From contig NC_092674.1 of NCBI RefSeq assembly GCF_964355755.1, positions 20,150,001 to 20,214,000 of the forward strand: a stretch of 64,000 nt of DNA. Reading direction: 5' to 3'. Below are positions 11,723-22,600 of this stretch, one piece after another. A program made the translations under genes and the position numbers. Within the stretch, counting starts at the first letter, position 1. Every line of letters starts with the position of its first letter. This DNA is from Antedon mediterranea. Taxonomy: Eukaryota > Animalia > Echinodermata. Under the pieces are notes generated by a model. The model searched no databases and had not been told where the DNA came from. It was given only the letters and a program-made list of their open reading frames with translations.

Positions 11723-13890
11723 AACAATACTGCTCAAGAGATTGGCTGAAAAAGTATGACTTTTTAAGCTATTCGAAGTCCGCAGATGGCCTCTTTTGCC
11801 TCTGTTGTGTCTTTTTCCCGGTAACTCCTTGTCGAGGAATGAAGGCAAAAAATGTAATCACACATCCTTTTCGTAATTGAAAAGATGCCCAGTCCGACAT
11901 ACGGACCCATGCACATCTCCAATATCACCAGGATTCTGAATTTCGTATGAGAAACTTCATGCACACCACGGAAACACCTACGCTCATCATCGAAAATCGC
12001 CTTGCATCACAAAATAGAAGACAGGTACTTAAGAACCGATCGTTTCTGATTTCAATTGTCAAGTGTTTGGAACTGTGTGGGCGTCAAGGACATAGGGATG
12101 ATTCATCGTCGACAGACTACAATCAGGGGAATTTCAAAGCCCTTCTACGTTTTAGAGTGGATTTCGGTGATGACAATCTTAAAGAACACGTTGAAAGCTG
12201 TTTAAAGAATGCCACCTACATATCAAAAACGGCACAGAACGAGCTTATAATACTGTATGCATAAAGGAGTTTATTCAACGTATTATAACTGAAATAAAAA
12301 ACGGAAGTGGATATTTGGGAATGGAGGCCAATGAGGTCACAGACTCGTCAAACTGGGAACAGCTTGGACTTGTTATAAGGTACCTAACAGGAGGAAAAAC
12401 TATCGAACGATTTATCAAGTTCATCGATTGTGAAGAATGCACCGGGAAAGCCATCTGCGACAAGCTGGTCGCTTCGTTGAAATCTATTGGACTAGATCCA
12501 GGAATGTGCAGGGCACAAACCTACGACGGAGCTGGCAACATGGCAGGGTGCCAAAAGGGATGCGCAAAACTCTTCCAAGTCTTCAGTCCACGAGCTCCAT
12601 ATTATCAATGTGCAAGCCATGGGCTCAGTCTGGCACTCTCTCAAGCCTGTAAAGTTACTGAAATTCACAATATGATTTAACACTTAAATCAGCCGTAAGT
12701 TTTCGCCGAAAAGACAACGCACATTAGAAGACATCATTATAACCAAACGTGTTGTACCCGACGCAAAAGAGACCACGGATTCAAATCAGAATAGAAAAGC
12801 ATTACATAGTGATAGTGAAGATGAAACTGACGAAGATGACGATGATGAAGAAGTCGGCGACGAATGTGAGAACGAACTTGAAATAGAAATGGAGGAAAAG
12901 GATGACGTTGCCAGCTTTGATGATCTGAAACGTATGTCTGCCAAAAAGAAGATAAAGCGTCTATGTGAAACCAGGTGGGTGGAGCGGCATACAGCTCTTG
13001 AGGATTTTGATGAGCTACATTCTTTTCTTTTAGAGTGCTTTGAGACAATAGCATCAAACAAAGGTACAAGAAAGTGGGACAGTAAATCAAGAACCGATGC
13101 ACAGGGACTGTTTCATCAAATCCGCAGCCCGACTTTCATCGTTGCTTTTCAAACGGCCCTACATCTATTTGGGTACAGCAAATCCCTTAGTAAATCCCTC
13201 CAAGGGAGCACTCTAGATATCATTGAGGCCTACAGCCAAATATATTAGACTCAATGGTGGGAAGGCAACATTCAAGAACATACAGTAAAGTGAAGAGTAT
13301 GGCCATTGTGTCTGGTAATAAAATACAAATGCCACGGATCTGTGGAAAACAGACAGAAACAACGTTCATGCAAATGGGCCAAGAACATACTTTCGCCGGG
13401 CAATTTTCCTGCCGTTCGTAGATAGATTGCTAGAGGGAATGAGTGAAAGATTCCAAGGTACAGTATTACGTCAAAAGCCCTCAGAGCATTAGCTCTGATA
13501 CCATCTAATCTGAATTTACTTAATGACGTTGACGAGCTTGCAATTCTATTTCCCGGACCTTCCATGTCCTCGCACATTGCATCACGAAATTCAACTTTGG
13601 AAACGACTGTGGTAAGTATTATTACGTTATTTTTATGTACTATATATCCATCTAATCGTTTCTAACTGAAAAACATGGTCATCACACAAATTAAGTACTT
13701 TTTTTGTTATCAAAACAGGTGTAATGAATCAAATAAGCCATCTACACTATCTGCTACGATGAAAGTATGCAGTAGAAATATGTACCCAAACATCTATCGG
13801 ATTTTGGAGCTGATAGCGGTAAACTCCAGTGACAAGTGCTGGGGTAGAGCGCAGTAACTCATCTCTTCGCTTCATTAAGTCTGTCATACG

Positions 13891-15157
13891 CAGGGGCGCA
13901 GCCAGTGGGGGGGTCACGGGGGTCCTGACCCCACCCTTTTTTTTAGAAAAAATAAATAAAAACATGAGACAACAATACAGATCAAATCATCCTGGAGATA
14001 CTGTGGAAGATTACTACCGAGCAGTATTACCAAATCAACAAACCGAGTTAAAAACCCGTTTTTCTGCCGATAACAGGCCATGCTCTAACATATTTGGCGT
14101 AGCACCCAAGTCTATCGAAGTGTAATGTTGAAGAAGTCTTCAAGGAACTTGAATTTGGTACGATGATCTGCCAAGACACGAACATCTTCATTCCGAGCTT
14201 CAGTGATGGAAGCGACTGTGTAAAATTAGCGGATCCAGATGTGTTCCCGAATGTGCGTGTACTTCTTCTAATCGCGTAGGCCTATGCCCGTAACGTCTGC
14301 TGAAGCTGAGCGGAGTTTTTCGACTTATGGAGAACGAAAACCTGTTTGCGAAATCACATGTCTTATGAGCAGCTTTCGGGATTGTGCCTCATGAACATAC
14401 ACTTTAACATGAACATTAATACAGAGAATTTCATTCGCGAATTCTGTCTCCAAGCCAAGAAGAATGTTCCAAACTTATGTTTAAAGATGCATCACGCGAT
14501 GTCTAGAGCGCCGTTATAGTAACTAACGTAAAATGTATGATAATAATTTAGAAGTTAGTTATTACAATTATGTATAAGCTATCACCTATACTATACATTC
14601 GAACAAAATAGGTATATTTTTAAACAAAATATTGTATGTACTGTACTACACACGGAGGCAAGATAGCTTCTTGGACTTGCACAGTGTATGAACTCTATAA
14701 CCTTACGGTTCTCAATAATATCACTCCATGCTATCATTCTAATATCTTTTTTCAAACTTTTGCATCTCTACGTTCATTTCATGCAACTTTTGTATTGGTG
14801 AAAAGGGAGGAATTCAAATAATTCCTCCTGAGTTTACAGCCTCTCTACACAAATCAACAAACAAGCAAGAAAAAAAGTGTTTGTCTGTGGCAGCCTGGAA
14901 TATAAAAATGTTGTTTTTTGTTTTCTTTGTTTCAGTTTATTAGTGTTAACATTGTCATATTTGTGTGTGCGTAAACCGATTCAAATGATCTAGATTGCCC
15001 TAGACCGCCAAAGCTTCCAGGGGGCGAAGCCCCCTGGACCCCAACCGGGGGCCCTTGGCGGCCCCCTGGCCCCCCAGCCCATGGTTGCTCGCTTCGCTCG
15101 CAAAATACTCACATATTGGTTGACCCCCCCTTTAATTCTTTGCTGGCTGCGCCCCTG
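13891..15157 (+). mobile_element. Non-autonomous hAT deletion derivative, copy 1 (1267 bp), carrying a hATC-domain fragment
   Basis: Perfect 15-bp TIR CAGGGGCGCAGCCAG; flanking duplication ATACG; internal DVFPNVR..., PVTSAEAERSFST, LSGLCLMNIH; closely similar inverted copy at 57982-59279. Confidence 0.9.
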
Positions 15158-15966
15158 ATACGCAGCACAATGGGAGAAGACAGGTTGAATGGTCGTTTAC
15201 TTCTTTTCATACATAAGGACATCGAATTGGATTACGAAGCCATCGTTGATGATTTTTCCCGCCGTCATCAAAGAAGGATAAATTTCATCAACCCTCTCAA
15301 CAAGTAAAATGAAAGGAGAATCATGGAAGTGTGTTCACTTGTAACATGTTCAGTAGGCCATCACGAAATGTCATAGTATAGGCCTACAAATAATTAATAT
15401 TTCATGAGTTGAAAATTTGAAATACATGAATACAATTCGTTATAATATTTACTATTATTGGTCAAAAAAATAAGTCATTCTACGACCAAAATGCTTTGAT
15501 TTCTAGTGTTAATTGTATTAATATCTCTCCATTTTGATAGATTTTTGTTTGTTTCTTAAATACAGTTTACAACGAATAATTATAGTTATGGTGCTCTGGT
15601 CCAGCTACCTCCAGCAAATAAAATCGCATTTAAAAACCGCCAATACTCGATGTGCGCGTAGCTGCGCCGTAAAAACGAAAAGTCGCTAATGCTGTATGAG
15701 CAATGTTAGCCGAACTTGAGTGGGTGGAGCACGTGTGAAGGACCCTTTGCTATTGGCCAAAAAAAAAACACTTTCGTATATTAATATGGTCTATAAAACC
15801 TACTATGTTCAGATAATTATATGACAAGAATCGACCCGCTAAAACGCCTCAAATGCTCTCTCCGGGCGTCTAGAAAAAAAAAATTTCAGGGGACATGCCC
15901 CCCCCCCCTAGAGTATATTTGCTCCATGGCGGCCCCATCTTTAACAAAACCCTAGATCTGCCCCTG

Positions 15967-16451
15967 GGCTATTGGCAGGTAGAGGTAGCAGAAGAAGATA
16001 AATCAAAAACGGCATTTACCACACCAATGGGTTTATTTGAGTGCATGTGCAACCGAATGCCATTTGGACTCCAAAACGCACCGGCCACGTTTCAACGTTG
16101 GATGATGTCGTGCTTCGGTGACCAAAACTTTTCTCTCTGGAAACGGTTTTCAAACGTCTTAGAGAAAATGGTTTGAAGTTAAAGCCTTCAAAATGCTCCC
16201 TCCTTCGATCTGAGGTTAATTATTTGGGTCACATTGTATCAACCGAGGGGATTCATGCCGACCCTGCTAAAACAGCGCAAGTCGAAAGCTGGCCCTCCCC
16301 GGTTGAACACCGCAAACAAGTTCTTCAATTTTTTAGATTTACCGGCTACTACAGACGGTTTATCAGCCAGTATTCGGAGATAGCTGCGCCGTTATATGCC
16401 CTAACGTGCGGTGACCCACGACAAAGAAAAAGAATGGAAGAAAGGCAATGA
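15967..16451 (+). mobile_element. Ty3/Gypsy RT-connection fragment
   Basis: [41 protein letters not shown]; LKLKPSKC...VNYLGHIVS; GYYRRFI. The YxDD segment is deleted. Begins immediately after the hAT right TIR. Confidence 0.88.
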
Positions 16452-17273
16452 ATGCCAAACCCTCACCAAATGCCGATGTCAGCACCAGCAACATAGTAGG
16501 CTACCATCTTATTAACCCATACGCATCTCCGTTTGTATCGTCATGTAATCGTTTGAACTTATATTACTGTATATATTATGTATTTTCATGAACTACTTGA
16601 TTAACGTACAGTAGGGGGCGACGTTTCAGATGGGAGGGGTGAGTGAGATGTCATCCCTTCCAATCGCCTATTGAAGTTAATTGATATACTTTACGTAGTC
16701 AAAAACAAAAAAAATAAATAAATAAAAAATATAATAAAAACAAAAAAATTAATAAATAAAGCATAACGAAGGTAGTATTACCGTATACTGTAGTTAAGTG
16801 GTTACCCATGGTGATGGTATTGTAGTAGTAATTTAAATCATTCCTAATGTTTTATTGTCGTTTCATAGTCGATATGCTAACGAGTAAAGTATTTACTTGG
16901 TCAACTTGAGTACTGTGCTGTACAATTTCATTTTAGAATGGAATGTATCTTATATTTTATAGTATTCATGATGTAATGATACAGTTAATAATAGACAGTT
17001 TGCCATGGTTGGTAATATGTGACTGGTTCAGGTGGTAATGAACCGCACTACTAATAACTTTGTTTTATATTATCATAGATAAGTTTTGTTGATTTTGATG
17101 TTTCCTCATTTTATGCCTTTTTAATAGTTTGTAGAGTTTGTAGTTTTAGTATAATTCCTAAGACTAGATTATTCGGTAAGTCTAAATAAATAATTGAAAT
17201 ATATATTTATACTGGGCCCTCGGTTTTTAAGCAGGCGAACGTCGTGGACGACGTTCGAGAAAGGAGGGGTGGA

Positions 17274-17489
17274 TGTAGCGATACTCTAAAGCAGTGTTAG
17301 CCTGTGTTATCTAGGAATACTGTGAAATTGGATAGATGAGTCAGATCTGTGTAGTTAGTATTGAGTTTTAAAAGTAAGCAGTTGTGTTATAATTAATAAA
17401 AGCATTTTGTATTGGAACTCTGTGTTTCATCAATTTTGTAGCTGAAATTGAGAACCTGGGTTTAAGTTATTATTTTGTGAAGAGCTACA
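17274..17489 (+). mobile_element. 3' LTR (~216 bp) preceded by a polypurine tract
   Basis: PPT GAGAAAGGAGGGGTGGA directly upstream; inverted termini TGTAGC...GCTACA; internal AATAAA (~17395). Confidence 0.7.
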
Positions 17490-17549
17490 TAAAGATAAAG
17501 AAAATATCTATCTCGGTAATCTAAAGTAAATTAGTTTTTAAGAATATTG

Positions 17550-18640
17550 AATTGATGATGAAGATACAAAATGTATATGCCTGCAACAAACCAATCAATA
17601 AGTTATTGTACTAAATGCAGATGTGGTTGAGTACAAATAACCAGAAAGTGCACCTACACAATACATCTCCAACCAATCAAATTCCACCTGAGGTTGAAAG
17701 TCTTTTAAATTGTCAAATATGACATTAAATGAATTCCATTTTGTTTGTTTTTGTGGTTTCCATGTAATAATCAAAATTACATTGCTGTAATGTTTTGTTA
17801 TTGCTATTATTTACTTATTATTTCCAAACGGGAAGAAATTAACATCAATACTGAAATACCAGAGGGAGAAGATGAACTGAACATAAAGATGATATGAAAA
17901 AGAAAAAAGAAAACTTCACCAAATCAAAAACTATAGAGCTAGAAATGGAACAGTCTAGGCCATGAGTTCAATGGGCTGTAGTTTGCATAAAAAATGACTT
18001 TGACACCTGGAAAAGCATAACACAAAATCATTGGTGTTGATTACAAGATTATTTTATCAACTTGATGCCGAAATTGATGGCACATCTCTACCCAACAAAT
18101 TTGCTAGGCAATTCCCTAGGTTTATGGAAACAATTTTAGGTTAGTTCTGGAATCTGGACACATTTGTTTTTGTTTGAATTTTAATAGCAAGATTGTACAC
18201 TAGAGGCAATACTCACATTTTTAAAAAGTGGCTTTGAATTCTTGCTTCTATTTATTGGAAATTGGAAACAAGACTACATAATAAACTTCAGCTTCGGCCT
18301 AATTGTCAACACACCAATAAATCAAGGGGGACATTGTATTAATTAAAGAAAAGCAAACGCATCAAAAGGAATGGTCGATATAAAGGATGTTGAAAGCTTT
18401 TCTTGATAATTACAAATGGCCTAGTGAGGAATGTTGGACTGACAACGCAGGGAAAATGCAAATAATCCCAAAAAAGAGTAGATGGGCAAGGACATCTCCT
18501 GGCTTTGTTCCACATTTAAGTGTACGCAGATTGTTTAGAAGTATCAAAAAATCGGGAAACAAATAAAGAAACTTGTATCATAGTTGTCTGCTGTCTCTGT
18601 CAGTACACTTATACAGAGACATCGTGTAAATGTCACCTTA
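17550..18640 (+). pseudogene. Highly decayed TE accessory-gene remnant (possible Ulp1-protease/PHD-like)
   Basis: Fragmentary coding-like sequence with Cys-rich ends, convergent with the MULE-like remnant. Motif support is weak. Confidence 0.2.
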
Positions 18641-20009
18641 TGAGGCCTAGTTATTCACATCAAGTCATACGATTTAATTGGTGAATACAGATAAACACAA
18701 TAATGTCAATATTAAAATTTAATTTAAAGCCTATAAACTCATTCAGATATTATTTTACTGCCTGAATATGAAATAAATTTACATTTTCAATCATCTTAAC
18801 AATGTGTTTGTTGATTTCATTACTTATTTGTGTCTTGGAATGGAATTATCTCATTCATGTCATTCAAATGTCGAACAATCCATTTACTAATCTTAAAGGA
18901 GCAAACTTAAATACACATGTTCTTATTTTTTATGATTTAAAAATAGAAAATAAAAGGGTGTTGTAAACTCAGAAACAAAACCTATGTGTCATTCTAATCC
19001 TGTGTACAGACTGCACTCAGAGTTTTGAGGCTGTGCATATAGTGTGATATAGAACAGTCTTTGGGGTACAAAGTTGTCAAGACTGTGCATTATAATGTGA
19101 TATAGTACAGTCTTTAGGTTTGAAGTGTGTTTTAATGTTATGATTCTGTATAGTCATGGTCAACTATCAAACTATCTTGAACTTTGACATACTTTATTCC
19201 TAAATCTGTATTACTATTATCATTTTTTCGTTTCAACGTTTTTGTAGACTTATCAGCAAAATTGTACAATGATTTTAAGAGGCATGAATCAGTGTTAATA
19301 CTGCTAACATTACGAATGAAAGTCTGCACAGCTGGTCTGAAGTCAACAACCGCCTCTGTATGCATTTTGGCTGTTATTTTTCTTGCTAGGCAGTCAAAGG
19401 CGTTTGAAAGTTCTTGTAGATCTTCTTTTACATCTTCAGTTGAGGGGACTGTTAATGTTTTTTTGGGTATGTCAAGGCTTAGGTAATTCCTTTTAACCCT
19501 ATCCTCAGGTTTGACGTGTTTGTAGTATAACCTGTATACAATAAAGAAAACAAAAACAAATTGAAAGATCCTTTGAAAATGTTTGATTGCACTATAAAAT
19601 AAATGAGAATTTTAGTTGTTTACTTGTAGTAGTGGATTTGTCATGTGCCGAACATGCTGCTTCTTTGGGGTTAAATGAGACTCTAGTCATCAGCGCTATC
19701 TGTAGTCAGTGAGTATTAGTGATAGACTTGAGATCTTGAGTCAGTAATCTTAAATGGACTAGTTGTAAAACTCACGATTATGAATAAAATTTATTTCATG
19801 TTGAAATCTATAAATTTGAAACCTGATGTAATAATTGCTTAGCAATAGCAATGAAAGCTGAAAACTGTTCCAAAATCACCGTGAGAAAATCAAATGGTAT
19901 GTTTGAAGTTAGAATTATTAATGACTATTCAAACAAGAAGGTGATGTTGTCATTAACAGAAATAAAATGACTGTATTTTAAAACCTACTAAGTATAGTCT
20001 CATTATTTT

Positions 20010-21068
20010 TTATAGATTGGTTCAAAGAAAAAGACCTCTAAATGATAGTGATTCAGAATCAGATGATGGCGGGGGAGACAGTAGGTTAAAAACAAACTTT
20101 ACAATTATATATTTAGGCCTACAGCTAGTTTTCCTTTTTTTAATCAAAAAACCACTTTCAGCATTGTTATTTAATATTTAAATATCATTAAATGATATTT
20201 TCGAATTGTTTTATTTTAAAAAAATTAGAAAGTCAATCAGCAGAAGCAATGAAGAACCTACGCACAGTATACTCAGTTTCTACATAAAGAGCTACGTCTA
20301 CAAACCTCCAACTGATGACAAGGTCCTTAAACATCTTCTGGATAACAGAGATCCAGATAAGCAATTAAGATTTCAACCACAGAAATACGTCAACGAAAAA
20401 CTAAATCTGGATATCAAATAAGACACTGTTGTAGAGATTGGTTGAATACATTAAATACATTGCATATTCCCAACAAGATGATGGATTATATTACCTTCCG
20501 TGTGTGCTATTTCCAGATATCTCACATCGCCGCCAAAAGAAACTCATTACCGAGAAATACAATAACTGGAAAGATGCAATCTAAAAGTGCATTCTGGTTG
20601 CGATTACCACAGAAATTCGGCTGCCAAATTAACAGCTTTTACACATTCTTACAATATATAACCTGGATGAAAGAATAGTGATAATCAATGAAGAAAACAT
20701 AAAACGTGTAAAAAAGAATAGAAATGTTCTCAGGTCCATCATTAAAGACGCAGACACGTTATCCGACACATATTGTTGCAGTGCAATGATTCCCAAATGT
20801 CATTTGGATAATAAATATCATACTATAAACATCTGTGACATCGGCTGGGGTAGAAAGAGCTAACTCATCGATCAAATTCATTAAGAATCATTTTAGAAGT
20901 ATGATGGGCGAAAACAGATTTAACGCTCTCATATTAATGTACATTGATCAAGACATACAGCTAGATATAGATGAAATAATAGATAACTATGCTTGTAAGC
21001 ACCCATGGAGACTTTCTCTAATTAACCCATTAAACTTAAAGATTTCCCGCATTTTGAAGTTTAAATAA
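20010..21068 (+). pseudogene. Second hAT transposase pseudogene with a large internal deletion; right TIR ends at 22322
   Basis: TTF zinc-finger region (RHCCRDWLN, YYLPCVLF) and KRVKKNRNVLRSII fused to hATC VTSAGVERANSSIKFIKNHFRSMMGENRFNAL; terminal GGATTCCGCCCCTG at ~22309-22322. Confidence 0.75.
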
Positions 21069-22322
21069 GTATATAGAAGTATTTCAGTTGTGTAGGAAAG
21101 AAACCAACAAAAACAATTATTTCAATTTGATCCAATTTAAATAACTATTATCATGTGAAATTTAATTGGCAAACTAGATAAAAAAATTTTAAAGACTCAT
21201 TCCCTACAATTTTGTGTTCAGGAGATAATTTCATAGCAATAAACAATATCTACAAATTTCATTGACACTCTTATTTATTTAGTGCAAGTTTTGTGGTCCT
21301 TAGACAAAAAATACATGCGTTCTAATCTATGCCTTACAGTATGCTGTTGTTTTTGTGTGCGACAATACATTCTGATGGTCATCACCGCTTGTTACCGGGC
21401 AACAAGCGAACACGTCGGGCATTCCTGTGCCCAGTGGCAGGATGTGGCCGGGTACCCGAAAACCCAAAACAACATCTGGCGCATCATATACTGCCATTTA
21501 TGACCGAGACAGCGGAGGAGGTATCTGCGACCACCTCAACTCGACGCTGGAGTTTTATCCAGGAATTGGTGAAATTTATTCCAGAGTGCAGCGAGAGTGT
21601 AACCAAAGCGGTGACACTATTTAAGGCCGAAGGAAAAATCCAACCTGGATTTTTTTTTACAAAGGCATTAAGAAGAATGATGGCGTCGATGGGCAAGGCA
21701 GCGGGGCTCTGCGGTCGGCATTTAATTCCAACCGGGAGGTGGTTGATCATTTGGCTCAGCCTGGAAGGATGACGGCGGTTCGGATGTTGGAGGGGTTCTT
21801 GGGAAACCCCTGCTTTCACGCCGAATTTGCCTATGAATAGGTCCAACAAAACAAATAAATTGGGTTCTTGGTAGTTCCTTTTTTTTTTAAATTCTATGTT
21901 ATATGTTACAGGTATATGTTATTGTGTTAAAAAAAAATGAAGTGAAAGAAAAGAAAAGAAGAGCAGCGTGTGAAGGAAGAAAAACAAGAGGGAAGAAGAG
22001 CAAAGAAAACTGGGAGGAATGTAGTGCCGCTACAAATGCTAAAACGGACCGCGTCGTTCTTAACACCTGGACGTGCTCCGCGGTGCATACTTATTGGAAT
22101 GTGGACTACGTTTGAAATCACTTAAAGAAGTCAGAGACGCTGAAAGACATAACAATTATTTTCTCACTTATATTGACCTACAACTAAAAGACCAATATTA
22201 TGGCGAATTACGTTGTAGTCATTTATCGTAGTTAAGTAACTAAACAAAGAGACTAGCCATCTCTTAACACAATATTCATATACTTAGCCCCTCCTAACCT
22301 ACAATGCTGGATTCCGCCCCTG

Positions 22323-22600
22323 GTCAACCCATGTGCTTGGGGGGTAATACATTTGGAAAAGGCTCCCATTCGGACTCAAACTTAAAAGTCAGCAGCAAAA
22401 TATCCCAAAAGGAACTTCAATAAGCACTAGATGGTTTGAATAGTGTTCACTGCATTGCTGATGACAACATTACTTGGAGGAAGAACTGAGAAGAGCCGAG
22501 TGAAAGATCTAAGTTCTGCAAATGGTATTGAAGTTGATCCAGACAATTGAAACTATTCAGAAGCGGCCAATACCTAAAGTTAGATCATCCAGGGCTTAAT
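22323..22600 (+). mobile_element. Gypsy RT fragment (decayed)
   Basis: WKRLPFGL...ALDGLNSVHCIADD; then NGIEVDPD. Confidence 0.65.

Larger units (their letters stand above)
11174..15307 (+). pseudogene. hAT transposase pseudogene (ZMYM1/PRKRIR-like: TTF zinc finger, DUF4371-type core, hATC domain)
   Basis: MSADKRKQSTLLSFF start; GRQGHRDD, GNFKALLRFRV, NATYISKTAQNELI, ANEVTDSSNWEQL, AQTYDGAGNMAG, LCETRWVERH, ERSNSSLRFIKSVIR|STMGEDRLN. Many stops and frameshifts. Right TIR TAGATCTGCCCCTG ends at 15966; left end not found. Confidence 0.85.

Noticed and set aside
11174-15307. Domesticated hAT-derived host gene (PRKRIR/ZMYM1-like)
   Set aside because: Multiple stops, frameshifts, nested insertions and a retained TIR indicate a dead transposon.
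16605-16660. Second PPT-like purine tract upstream of the LTR
   Set aside because: No matching TG...CA LTR could be delimited after it; left unannotated.
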